From the IMG/VR virus record IMGVR_UViG_3300014205_000001, positions 64,001-128,000 of that record: DNA of 64,000 bases; one strand, 5' to 3'. Numbering within the stretch: the stretch's first letter is position 1; each line of letters starts with the position of its first letter. The notes beneath the pieces were generated by a model. The model was not told where the DNA came from. It ran no database searches and saw nothing but the letters and a program-made list of their open reading frames with translations. Both the position numbers and the translations under genes were made by a program. This document shows positions 29,767 to 40,783 of this stretch, one piece after another. The DNA is from a virus. Taxonomy: Duplodnaviria > Heunggongvirae > Uroviricota > Caudoviricetes.

Positions 29767-31124
29767 ATGAATAATATTAATGACATCTTAAATAAAACGT
29801 ATCAGCGTATCGGATCAGCAAGTGGTGATACATTTTACGCTCAACAAATCGACGGAGAATTCGTAATTTTCAGTAATGGTGCAAGAATTAAATTGACAAC
29901 ATTACTAGCAGATTTCCAACCTATTAATAGTAATGGAACTGTAAACGAAAGTGTCCAAACAGTTAATACACCTGATGTAAATCCTGACACTTTCTTTAAT
30001 TCAACGACACCTTTACCTCAAGTAAAAACAGTTGACCAATTAGTCGAACCCACAGTTGTGCCTTCAATGATTGATGGTAAACCTGCACTCAATACGCCAG
30101 TCACAAATCAATTAGGTGGATTAAATTTAACAGAAGATAATACACAACAGTCAGGACTTAATTTAACGAATACACCTCAAGCAGCTACACAAACAAATCG
30201 ATTACCTGAATGGGATAGTTTTGATCGTGTAAAGAAAACAGAAGATGTTGAATTAAACGTAACAATCAATATTAGATTACCTAAAGCACGCCACATTGAA
30301 TCAATTAATGATATGTACGAAACATCTTTCATTGCATATTTGGCTAAACAATACATGGCTGACCCAGGAAATATTCAAAAACAAATTCGTGAAGCAATTG
30401 AAGAATGGGTAGAAATTGAAATGAATGGTGGTAAACCTAAAAAGAAAAAAATTAGTAAAACTATTAAACCGAAAAAAAATAAAGGTTTAAATTTAGCACC
30501 CACACCTAAAACTGTAAAAACAGAAGATGTGCCAATTGTGCCTATTGGCGGTTCAGCTGCATCAATGTTTGGTCAAGAAATTGTAAAAGATGTTACAAAA
30601 TTAGCAGTCATTGCAGAAGAAGAACAATACATTGCAGCAAAAAAATATTTCAGTAAATTAGAACCGAATCATAAAGATTATTACCGATTTGAAGGAATGA
30701 TTAATTTATGGGAAGATGAAAATACAAAATAATTATGGAAATCAAAAAAGAATACGTAGTAGAAGCGAAACGCATTATCGTTCAGTATCACGAAACAATT
30801 GAAAACGTAACAAAATTCACGTTAAAATTAGAAGTTGCTAAATCAGAATTATTGAATATGCAAAGTGATGTTGAAAAATTACATACAAGTCCTGGAACAG
30901 ATTTGTTGAAACATCAACAAACGTATGAGATTATGTTAAAGTACGAACGTACAATTTCAGAATTACATAAACTGTTACAACCTTATGTAGATGCATTGGA
31001 AAATATTAAAAAAGACAGTAAGGCACTCTATAAAGTCTTATTGGAAAAATATCCAATGTATGACGAAAAAGGATTACAGGAACAGTTATTTGCACAATTA
31101 GACGAAATGAAAAAGGAAAGTTAA
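29767..31124 (+). CDS. Two hypothetical proteins (29767-30732, 30735-31124)
   Basis: Intact ORFs; bidirectional hairpin at about 31112-31142. Confidence 0.55.
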
Positions 31125-31140
31125 TTAACTTTCCTTTTTT

Positions 31141-32138
31141 TTATGTGTTCCAATCTGATCTAGGTTTAACTTGTCGTTCGGCTCCTTGATAACCTGAAGT
31201 TTTCACTTTTTCAAAAAAGCTTTTAATGAATTTAAAACATTCACGAGCATCTTTAAATTCTTTTACGTCTAATTCATTTTTATATCCTTCGTATTCAAGA
31301 TACCAAACGTTATTACGATGATATGCTTGTGAAACTAATGCAGCATCTTCACTTACATCAAAACCTGTAGTACCAAAAGCAACTTCACCGTTTTCATCAT
31401 TGTAAATATCCTTAAAATTAATATCGCCTTGATAAGGTTTACCATTAAATTGGTATAATTTTCCGTTTCTAATAATTGGACTGTAACCTCCATCGTATCC
31501 CATATCCATATAAGAAGCTTTTGGGTCAAGCTTTTTAACTTGTTCATGTAACCATAAAGCTCCCATTAAACCATTGTACTTAATTACTTCATCAACAAAT
31601 TTTTGTTGATCAATAGGAATTGTGCCATTATTTGAAATAGCAGATAAACTTTCCTTTAAATAATCTTTAGGAAGTGAGTTGCGAAATTCGTTTATACTTG
31701 TTATCATAATTATATTACTGGTTCAGGTGCGTTTGTAGGAGGCGGTGGTAATTTATTTGTATTAGTTTTATTAACTAAATAAGTACAATATTCATCAATC
31801 GTTCTGTTTGGACCTAAATAAGATTCAAAACGATCTGAATCAATCATATTAAGTTCAAAAAATTCTATTAGTTCTGCAATTTTTTCAGCAGCATTTTCAG
31901 GTGTAACTGTATCTAAAATTGCATAATATTGGTCTTGAATTTCACCATCTTCAGGCATGTATTTATCCATCTTCCATTCAATTTCTGAAAAATCAATTTC
32001 ACCTTCTTCGTCGTCTTCGTTATCTTCATCGAAATCATCATCATCAAAAGATTCTTTAATTTTTTTCAATTCACTCCATTTTCTTTTAGGAGTTTGATTA
32101 TTTAAATAATCGCGAAATTCGTTTATTGTTGTTATCAT
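31141..32138 (-). CDS. Two leader-bearing late proteins (31141-31707, 31710-32138)
   Basis: MITSINEFRNSL..LKES and MITTINEFRDYLN..IKES; late motif at 32144-32152 (-). Confidence 0.6.
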
Positions 32139-32152
32139 AAGATTATATATTA

Positions 32153-35100
32153 TTAAAGCGTATCAAAAAATCCGGGAATTACTGAAAATGTCTTCTTCGT
32201 AATATGACTTACGCCATATCCACTATGCCACATTACTTCGACCACAAAATGTGGGTCTACAAGCTTATTTACAGTGAAAGACGTACCCAAAGTAATATCG
32301 TATTGATAATCCTTCAAGATTTGTACATTTGGTAGAGAGTCTAAAGTAACTTGTAACCAATTGGCAGAAATCCCAGGCTCTTCATTTAATGCAATTGAAC
32401 CCGTCGATTTATAAGTCGCACCATTGTGATATACAAAACTGTTAATCGTATACAATAAAGTACCATTCCATTCTTCTAAATAAAATGTACGAATATTATA
32501 TTCGAACCAATCAACAGCAGCTGCTGCGAAAAATTTAATACTTATATCGTAGGTATCACTTCCCATTGTGATAGGTTGTAAATATCCTGTTGCTTCAAAA
32601 TCTACAGGACACGCATATTCTTCAATTTTAAAACTACGTGTCATATAGTTTTCGTGCTTCATTATTAAATTCTGTTGCATTTGATATTTACCATTAATAT
32701 CCAGAATTTTAGTACCCACAGGTAAAATATTTTCAGTTAACCATTTCTTTAATCCTAATAATTTAGTCTTTACTTCTTCTAAACTATAAGCTGAAATAAA
32801 ATTACCTTCAGTATCAGTAATACGATAATTTAAACTAAATAGATTTGTTTTACGATAACCTTCATTACGTAAGTTTTCAAATGCTAAATTACTATATTGA
32901 TAACCTTGAGTTGTTTTATCTAATAGTTGTAACAATTCCATATTAAATATCTGACCAAATTTCTTAGATTCAGGATTAATATTTTGGAAATATTCAGTAA
33001 ATGATAAATCATTAAAGCCAAAGAAATTAATTGCTTGAATTACTGATTTATATGCACTTAAATTATTAAAAATTTCAGGATATATTTCTAATAATTCCTT
33101 ACGTTTACGATTCATGAATATCCAATCAATACCTTGTTCATTAATATCGACTGATTTGAAAATATAAAAGTCTTGTAATTTTAAAATATTTAAGTTACGA
33201 TTATTGATAGCAATTTTAAAACGTTCATCTTCTTGTTCACTTTCACCATAAACATCTAAGTAACATACTATTTTAGGTGCTACTGTCATTGTCACTTTTA
33301 AAGTTCTAAATTCAAATAAAGAATTACCAAATTCGTCATAATAAGGTAATGTCGTTTTTGATACTTTCTTTACACTTATTTCTTCTTTCACATTAGCTGT
33401 AAAATAAATACGGGTTAATGTTACTTCTTGTATAACGTATTTTAATCCTGCATTATCTAATGTTGCAATTTTTTTATCGTCACTATTTATATCTTCAGCA
33501 GTAAATTGAATAATTTGTTGAGGTTTAAATCCTTGTTGTAAGAAATTTAATCCCATAATATTTTGTATTTCAACGTAATTTTCTTTAAATATCCACAATT
33601 CATCAGCTGATACTACTGTATCATCTTCTGTTACAGGGTCACCACCATTTGTACCTACGACATTACTTGATGTTGCATCATAACTTACATCTTCGATCAT
33701 TGATAGATATAATCTGGCTTTTGACCATGATTCGTAAGTTGCGTTATAACCCATAAAAACTTGTAAAGGCGAAGGCTCCATTGATAAATCTTCTGATTCA
33801 TCTGTGAAAGGTAATTCGTATTCAATTATATCAAATACTGTTTGTTGTTTTGTGGGTTCAGCGATATATTTGAGTTCCTTGTTAGGCTCTTTAATTAATT
33901 TTAATTCTGTTTCACCATTATCACCACATAAAGGTTTTACTCCACTATATTCAGGAAATCCGTCACTCCAAGGTTGTAATTGGTTACCTGAAAAATCGTA
34001 TAAGAAAAAGTCGTTAATCTGTGTACTTTTCCAACTCCAACTTAATTTAACTTTATTGTTAATGTCTTGCAATCCATTTTTAGGAAAACGTATAAAATAA
34101 TCTGAAATAATATTAATTGTTTTATAACCTACGCCTGATGGGTCATTCCAAAATGCACCTTGATATGATAAATGTATTGTATCTGCTTTCAGACCTAATA
34201 TGTTATAAGATTTATTTTGAGGTAACTTTGTTGCACCTGAAATTGAAATCTTTTGGCCTGTTGAATAAAAATCTAAAAAGTTATATGTTCCACTATTTAC
34301 TTTAATTTCGTTTGCACTAATTAAACTTCCTTGCGAATTAGTAGCAAATAATGTTTCATAGACTGATAAATCACCTGATTTAGGAATGTAACCTATATTA
34401 TAAGTTATATCGAACTCCATCAGTGGGTCTACTATGTCAAATGATATTAAATTACTTACATTCGAAACAATAATTCCAAACGTTTTTAATAAATTTTTAT
34501 AACTTGTAACCCAATTGCCTACAGTTGTTGCATCATTCGTATTAAATGGTACAACATAGTCGACACCATTGATTGTAATTAATAATTGAGATTTAATATT
34601 GTTAAATTCAATATCTTTATACTTAATATAAAATACAGCACTATCACCCATATCCATATCCATAATAATAGAAATGTTAGGATATTGTGCAGCAACAGTC
34701 AATGTGTCATTAGCAGCATTAGTAGTCGATAAAGTTAAATCAATTCCTAATAAAGATAAATTAGCTTGATGTGCTGTAATGAAATCAGTAGTTGTGTTAC
34801 TGATTGTAGTATCGAAATCAACATCGTATCTTTTACCATTAATAATTATATTTAAACCAAAATCATCAATCGTTGAAAAAATTATCTTGCGACTAAATAT
34901 TGTGCTATCCTTTGTTTGATGTTGTTCAGAAGTTAATTCTTCTTTAACATATAAAGGAGTAACTTCATATACATATCCGGGTATTGTGTATTGAGTAACA
35001 GTAACACCTGTAATTTTTTGTACTTTAAGTGTAGTAAAGTTATCAGTATAATCAGAAGTAATTAATAATTCGTCAGTATCTTTTAAATATTCTAATCTAG

Positions 35101-36322
35101 CTCCACCTGGTAACGAATTTAAAATGTCATTATATTGATTAACAATACTCCAATAAGTTAAAGGTAATGAATATGTATTGTTATTATCTAATAAAATATC
35201 TTGAGTAATAATAAATTTGTTAGTTGCTAAAAATAAATAACAATCAACAGTTTGATTTAATAATGAAGTTGAATTGACAGTAATTACATTGGTAGTAAAA
35301 TCTAATGCTGTAATTGTCAATGTTGCTTGATTTAATGCGTTAACAGAAGCAGATTTAATTTGAGCTACAATTGTATCACCCACTTTTAAAAATTTAGGAA
35401 TATACGTTACAGTAATTGTATCATTACCAAATCCACTTTCAGTAAAGGTTGTATTGCCATTGTGTAATAAGATACGGCTAGTTTTAAATTCAAATTCTAA
35501 ATTTAATTTATCACCTGCAACAGGAGAAAAAACGTTTGGAGCTAATTTTGTATAAAAACGAAATCGTGTCTTTGCAACATTATTAATTGTATATACTCCT
35601 GTGTTATCACTACTATTAACTAAAGAAATCTTTTTATCAGTATATAATTTAGCGTTCAAGGATGTTTCATTCCATGTAGGTTCAGGATTGTCTACAGCTG
35701 AGTTTTGATTCGCTGAAACGTTATTTAAAGGTAATGAAGTTGAAATACCTGAAACTTGATAGGACTGTTGTACTTCAATAACATTCATGGGTGTAATTTT
35801 TTTACTAGGACCCGCAGTAAATGCAGCTAATGCGCTATTGTTAGTTGTATCTGTAACAACCAATACGCGACCCGGTTCAACTGCTAAAATTTTACGAGCA
35901 TTAATTTCGGATGAAATTGTTGTATCGAAATCTGTACCGTGATATGAATTTAATCCTTCAAAATATATCCACATTCCTGTGTAATAATATTTTTCAATAT
36001 CTGTTGCATAAATCCATTTGGTTTTATAAGCTGAAGATAAATTAACTACTTGGATGTTAGTAATTAAGAGTGAAGGTGCATTGTATTTAGGATATGTAAT
36101 GAAACCATTTGTGTTAAAGACTTGAAATCTGTTTAATTCTGCTTGAAAGGTACTATTAGTACCAGGTACTTTTTCGAATAAATAAATACCTTGAGTTTTA
36201 AAAGTATCGATACTGTTACGGTCAAAATATATGCTACCGTTTAGCATATCACGACTTTCATCGTAATTTAAGTTCATTTGATACCCTTCTTTGTTGAAGA
36301 ATAATAAGTCTTTTACATCCAT
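32153..36322 (-). CDS. Large structural protein (baseplate wedge/tail-like), 1389 aa
   Basis: Size, beta-rich Thr/Ile/Asn composition and a late motif at 36327. Confidence 0.55.
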   Translation of the reverse strand: MDVKDLLFFNKEGYQMNLNYDESRDMLNGSIYFDRNSIDTFKTQGIYLFEKVPGTNSTFQAELNRFQVFNTNGFITYPKYNAPSLLITNIQVVNLSSAYKTKWIYATDIEKYYYTGMWIYFEGLNSYHGTDFDTTISSEINARKILAVEPGRVLVVTDTTNNSALAAFTAGPSKKITPMNVIEVQQSYQVSGISTSLPLNNVSANQNSAVDNPEPTWNETSLNAKLYTDKKISLVNSSDNTGVYTINNVAKTRFRFYTKLAPNVFSPVAGDKLNLEFEFKTSRILLHNGNTTFTESGFGNDTITVTYIPKFLKVGDTIVAQIKSASVNALNQATLTITALDFTTNVITVNSTSLLNQTVDCYLFLATNKFIITQDILLDNNNTYSLPLTYWSIVNQYNDILNSLPGGARLEYLKDTDELLITSDYTDNFTTLKVQKITGVTVTQYTIPGYVYEVTPLYVKEELTSEQHQTKDSTIFSRKIIFSTIDDFGLNIIINGKRYDVDFDTTISNTTTDFITAHQANLSLLGIDLTLSTTNAANDTLTVAAQYPNISIIMDMDMGDSAVFYIKYKDIEFNNIKSQLLITINGVDYVVPFNTNDATTVGNWVTSYKNLLKTFGIIVSNVSNLISFDIVDPLMEFDITYNIGYIPKSGDLSVYETLFATNSQGSLISANEIKVNSGTYNFLDFYSTGQKISISGATKLPQNKSYNILGLKADTIHLSYQGAFWNDPSGVGYKTINIISDYFIRFPKNGLQDINNKVKLSWSWKSTQINDFFLYDFSGNQLQPWSDGFPEYSGVKPLCGDNGETELKLIKEPNKELKYIAEPTKQQTVFDIIEYELPFTDESEDLSMEPSPLQVFMGYNATYESWSKARLYLSMIEDVSYDATSSNVVGTNGGDPVTEDDTVVSADELWIFKENYVEIQNIMGLNFLQQGFKPQQIIQFTAEDINSDDKKIATLDNAGLKYVIQEVTLTRIYFTANVKEEISVKKVSKTTLPYYDEFGNSLFEFRTLKVTMTVAPKIVCYLDVYGESEQEDERFKIAINNRNLNILKLQDFYIFKSVDINEQGIDWIFMNRKRKELLEIYPEIFNNLSAYKSVIQAINFFGFNDLSFTEYFQNINPESKKFGQIFNMELLQLLDKTTQGYQYSNLAFENLRNEGYRKTNLFSLNYRITDTEGNFISAYSLEEVKTKLLGLKKWLTENILPVGTKILDINGKYQMQQNLIMKHENYMTRSFKIEEYACPVDFEATGYLQPITMGSDTYDISIKFFAAAAVDWFEYNIRTFYLEEWNGTLLYTINSFVYHNGATYKSTGSIALNEEPGISANWLQVTLDSLPNVQILKDYQYDITLGTSFTVNKLVDPHFVVEVMWHSGYGVSHITKKTFSVIPGFFDTL

Positions 36323-36368
36323 GCTTTATATATTAGATAAGTAATATCCAGTATAAATTTTGAATGTT

Positions 36369-36782
36369 TTAGTCTTCTTGATCGTGTTTTTGTTTATTTT
36401 TCAACCAATTGTGTAAAGTTTCATTAGCTTTCACACTGTAAAAATGTTTCTTAGGTGTATTAAATAACCAATCGCAATTGGTTGCATCGATTACGTCAGC
36501 TTGGATGAATTTTACTTTAGCAGCTAATTGTCTATTGACTTTAGATTCACCTGCAATCACCCAGTATTTATCATGATATTTTAAAAGTTGAGGTAAATTT
36601 TGAACCATGAAATCAGAAGCATCTAAACTAAATTTGGGTGCGACGATGAATTTTGTTTTCACATCTTGTAATTCAAAATCCTCTCCTGCACGCTGAATAC
36701 GATCAACAATCGTTTTACTGTCTAAACCGAAAGGTGGGACATTATCAGTGTAGTTTCTAAATTCAAATAAGGAAAGAATCAT
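36369..36782 (-). CDS. Late hypothetical protein with a weak leader (MILSLFEFR)
   Basis: Late motif at 36787. Confidence 0.5.
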   Translation of the reverse strand: MILSLFEFRNYTDNVPPFGLDSKTIVDRIQRAGEDFELQDVKTKFIVAPKFSLDASDFMVQNLPQLLKYHDKYWVIAGESKVNRQLAAKVKFIQADVIDATNCDWLFNTPKKHFYSVKANETLHNWLKNKQKHDQED

Positions 36783-36849
36783 ACTTTATATATTAAAATC
36801 CTTTAAACTTTCAGGATAAAGATCAATATAACTTAAAAACTTAGTAAAA

Positions 36850-37122
36850 ATGGGATATAAATCAACTGATCCGTGCTTACAAAAAGCTTTCGACGATGAA
36901 AGATTATTCGTTTTAATGACTCGTGATATTACTTCACCAAAAGTTGTATGCGAATGGATTAAACAAAACATTGATATTCAACCTAAAGAAAAACTTTTAG
37001 AAGCATTAGAATGTGCCATTGAAATGAGTCGCCGATTCCGTGAAATGAATGATCGTAAAGAAACGATTAAAAATAAACCTACAAAGTTTTTCGATGAAAC
37101 AGAATCAGAATCCAAAATATAA
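36850..37122 (+). CDS. Conserved phage hypothetical protein
   Basis: CL.KA.DDE.LFVL..RD motif; promoter at 36804. Confidence 0.55.
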   Translation: MGYKSTDPCLQKAFDDERLFVLMTRDITSPKVVCEWIKQNIDIQPKEKLLEALECAIEMSRRFREMNDRKETIKNKPTKFFDETESESKI

Positions 37123-37439
37123 TGATTACATAATCATAAGTAGTTATAATAGAGAATACGTTGTCAAAACAGTTAAAGAATATTTAGCAAAAGGTTACGA
37201 ACCTTTAGGTTCACCCTTTTCTTTAGGAACTTCAAGTGATATGCATCAAGCATTAATATTACCTATTCATGAAAAAGAAATATGAAATAATTTGTCATAA
37301 CGAACGTGAATCATTTGACAAAATAATTACAACTTATTTAAATAGAGGTTGGGAATTAGTAGGGAGTTTAAATATGACAATTGCTCCCAGTGGAACAGCA
37401 TATTTTTCACAAGCAGTAATTAAAGAAACAGAAAATTAA
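37094..37439 (+). CDS. Two tandem DUF1737-like small proteins (about 37094-37285 and 37269-37439)
   Basis: V..YLAKGYEPLGSP...HQAL and, by manual translation, MKKKYEII...YLNRGWELVGSL...FSQAVIK. Confidence 0.6.
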
Positions 37440-38275
37440 TGATAGCACAGAAACATAAAATATATTTAAAAATGGCACGTGATTATTCACAGATGTCAAA
37501 GTGTCGCAAAATTAAAGTAGGTTGTATGATTGTTAACAATGGACGAATCGTATCAACCGGAGTCAATGGTACTCCTAAAGGAACTTGTAATTGCACAGAT
37601 CATTTTTATAACTATAACGATGAACAATTTGCAGCTGCACATAGTGCTTGGAGTACTGAACATGAAGTACATGCTGAAATGAATGCACTGTTATATGCAG
37701 CTAAAAGCAATGTTGAAGTAACTAGTGATTGTATTTTGTATTGTACTCACGAACCGTGCAATAATTGTTTAAAACATATTGCAGTTACAGGTATCAAGCA
37801 AATCTATTACATTGAAAAATATTATAATAATACAGCTGACAACAAATACAAAATCAACATCACTCAATTAGAGATTGACGAGGACCCAAGTAAAGATATG
37901 GACCCTAAAGAAATTGAATTGATTGAACAACTAACAAAAAATGGTAGTTTAGATTCATTATTTGATATTGTTAATGAAAAGTTGCCGTTAAACGTTGACC
38001 CAGATTTTTTCGGACATATTCGTGGTAAGTATCAGTTATCGCAACCTATTCCTATAATTTTAAATGGCAGAAGAATATTTTACGAATACGGCACAGTAAC
38101 ATTAAACGAATTAATTAAACTGTGTGAATTTCCTTTGACTGAAGAAAATCGTAAATATTATCGTGCAGATTATCGTAAAAATACAGAAGAAGAGTTTAAA
38201 GACATACCTTCAAATAAATGTTTGATATTACAAAATGAAATGCAAATAAGATGTTCAGGTGCAACTCCAGTATAA
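37439..38275 (+). CDS. dCMP deaminase with a C-terminal ubiquitin-like extension
   Basis: SKC..KVGC, GVNGTP, HAEMNAL, PCNNC; about 130 extra residues at the C-terminus. Confidence 0.9.
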   Translation: MIAQKHKIYLKMARDYSQMSKCRKIKVGCMIVNNGRIVSTGVNGTPKGTCNCTDHFYNYNDEQFAAAHSAWSTEHEVHAEMNALLYAAKSNVEVTSDCILYCTHEPCNNCLKHIAVTGIKQIYYIEKYYNNTADNKYKINITQLEIDEDPSKDMDPKEIELIEQLTKNGSLDSLFDIVNEKLPLNVDPDFFGHIRGKYQLSQPIPIILNGRRIFYEYGTVTLNELIKLCEFPLTEENRKYYRADYRKNTEEEFKDIPSNKCLILQNEMQIRCSGATPV

Positions 38276-38445
38276 ATGGCACGCCAAAAAGATATAATAC
38301 AAGAAACTTTAAATTCTTTAGAAAAGGAAGAATTGAGATTATTTCATTCGTATAATCGGCATGCGTCATCTCAATTCAAATTAGATATTCTGAATAATTT
38401 AGTTCAAGTTATTAATAAAATAGAAATTTTAAAAACAATAAACAA

Positions 38446-38760
38446 ATGAAAATATTAACAGAGGAAGAATTAGATCATTTCAGTGGCAAACGAAATCATT
38501 GGTGTATTGTAACTTATATGGGTAGTTACACACCTTTTTATTATATGGGTTGGTTTGGAGAAGGAAAACCAGCAGTTACTATTGATTTTAATAAGGCATT
38601 AAAGTGCCATTCCAAAATTGCAGCTAACATTGTGCTTGAAGGTTTAAAATCATGTTCAGGATTTGATTGTAGTGATTATAAAGTTGAAGATCATGCCTGG
38701 TTCGGTGCTGATATTGAAATGGAAGTACGTTCGAAAGGTAGAGAAGGAAAAGAACTTTAA
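38446..38760 (+). CDS. Hypothetical protein
   Basis: ORF only. Confidence 0.45.
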   Translation: MKILTEEELDHFSGKRNHWCIVTYMGSYTPFYYMGWFGEGKPAVTIDFNKALKCHSKIAANIVLEGLKSCSGFDCSDYKVEDHAWFGADIEMEVRSKGREGKEL

Positions 38761-38825
38761 ACTATTTACTTTAATAAGCATATAATAGTAACTCTTAATA
38801 CAAATTATTTAACAAAATCAAAACA

Positions 38826-39542
38826 ATGGACAACATTCATGTAACTCCTCCAACTGAGGAAACAACAGAAATCGTATGTATCTTGGACCGTTCAGGTTCC
38901 ATGCAGCATTTGACTACATCAACAATCGAAGGTTATAATACCTTTTTAAAAGATCAAAAAGCACTTTCAGGTAAAGCAAATTGGACATTATGTTTGTTCG
39001 ATGGTGGTAATTATGGTTGGAAACCTGATCATAAACCTTACGAAATTATTCATGCAAGTGTAGATATTCATTCAGTTCCTGAATTAACGAATGAAGTATA
39101 CAACCCAAATGGTGGAACTGCCTTGATTGATGCAGTATGTAATACAATTAATCAAGTATACGAACGTGTAAAAAACGATCCGAATGCTAAAGTAATCGTA
39201 ATGATAATTACTGACGGTGCAGAAAATGAATCGAAAGAATTTAAAATCGAGCAAATGAAAGACATGGTGAAAGAACGTGAGGAAAAAGACAAATGGGCGT
39301 TTTTATTCTTAGGTGCTAATATCGATGCATTCAGTGCAGGTCATAATTATGGTATCAGTAAAGGAAAAACAATGGCATTTAGCGCAAATACTGCGGGAAT
39401 GAATGCTGTGTACTCCAATCTTTCTGCATCAACTAAAATGTACCGTAGCTTCAGTAAACAAGATTTAATGGACGATGTTGTGAATACAGATAATTTAATT
39501 GCTGACAACGGCGAAGCAAAAGAAGAAGATTTAAATAAATAA
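38826..39542 (+). CDS. von Willebrand factor A domain protein
   Basis: LDRSGSM MIDAS motif, GGTALIDA, ITDGAENES, FLFLGAN. Confidence 0.92.
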   Translation: MDNIHVTPPTEETTEIVCILDRSGSMQHLTTSTIEGYNTFLKDQKALSGKANWTLCLFDGGNYGWKPDHKPYEIIHASVDIHSVPELTNEVYNPNGGTALIDAVCNTINQVYERVKNDPNAKVIVMIITDGAENESKEFKIEQMKDMVKEREEKDKWAFLFLGANIDAFSAGHNYGISKGKTMAFSANTAGMNAVYSNLSASTKMYRSFSKQDLMDDVVNTDNLIADNGEAKEEDLNK

Positions 39543-39588
39543 TAACATGTGCGGGAATTGTGAATACGAACGCAAAGAATTTTTCAAA

Positions 39589-40194
39589 ATGGAATTAAAC
39601 GCAATAGAAATAAAAAAAGATTTGTATAAAAACAAATCAGTAGCAACTTTACATCGCTACGAATCAGGTAACTTATGGTATCGGATTCAAACTTCATTTG
39701 GAAATTTTGAATTTCCTATCTCTGTAACTCAAACAGATAATGTTATACATACTATCAGTATTACAGTTACAAAAGAAGGTACTAATACAGGTGAAATGAA
39801 AACATACGATTTACATGCAAAAGAAACGAAATTGAGTGCTGAAATGATAGTAAATGTTTAACTGACAATGATTTTTTATATTGGGTTGAAGAACGAAAAT
39901 ATAAATTTCATCATGGCGGTTGGTATTTAGGTGGACAAAGTGTAAGTCATATCAGAACATTTCAAAAATTATACGAAAAATATATCGATGAACAAGAACA
40001 CAAAAAATGGGACACCTTCATACGAGGATTTGGCCAAAGTAATGGGCGAAATTCGTAAAAAGCACAGCGTTAAAGTAATAATTCCACATAATCCTTTAGG
40101 TTATAGTGACGAATACAATAAAAAATTAGATCAACAAGCACGACAAACTCATAATGGAATTGTCATTGTTGATCATATAATCTTATTAAAATAA
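39589..40194 (+). CDS. Small hypothetical genes (39589-39861, 39988-40194) flanking a start-less reading frame
   Basis: See the finding at 39840-40058. Confidence 0.45.
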
Positions 40195-40751
40195 TGGTAA
40201 CAGAATTTAAACCACCACACAAAGAAACATATTCATCTGACAAAAAATACATAAAATTATTTTTGGCAGGTTCAATTGAAATGGGTAAAGCCGATGATTG
40301 GCAAAATGCTGTTGTAGAAGCATTAAAACACCGAATTAAAAACCCAGATTTTGAAATTTGTATATTTAATCCACGAAGAGAAAATTGGGATTCTAATTGG
40401 GAACAATCAATCGACAATCAACCTTTTAAAGATCAAGTTCAATGGGAATTATCTCATATTGATCGTTCAAAAATACTTGCTTTTTATTTTCAACCGGGAA
40501 CAATATCTCCTATTTCTTTATATGAATTAGGAGTTGCATCAGTTTCAAGTTTCGGAAATAAAAAAGATGTAATTATTTTGTGTCCTGAAGGTTATCATCG
40601 TAAAGGAAATGTCGATGTATCAGCTGAATGGTACAATATGCAACTTACAAAAGATTTTGAAGATTTTATCAATCACATTGAAGCAGCAATTCTTCATGAA
40701 ATAAATCAAATTAAAACTTTTGGATATAACAAAAATGCCGATCAAATTTGA
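40194..40751 (+). CDS. Nucleoside 2-deoxyribosyltransferase-like protein
   Basis: LFLAGSIEMG..DWQ, FNPRR..WD, QVQWEL, SPISLYELG, RKGNV. Confidence 0.85.
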   Translation: MVTEFKPPHKETYSSDKKYIKLFLAGSIEMGKADDWQNAVVEALKHRIKNPDFEICIFNPRRENWDSNWEQSIDNQPFKDQVQWELSHIDRSKILAFYFQPGTISPISLYELGVASVSSFGNKKDVIILCPEGYHRKGNVDVSAEWYNMQLTKDFEDFINHIEAAILHEINQIKTFGYNKNADQI

Positions 40752-40783
40752 TCGGCATTTATTTTGTTGTTGTTTAAATTAAT

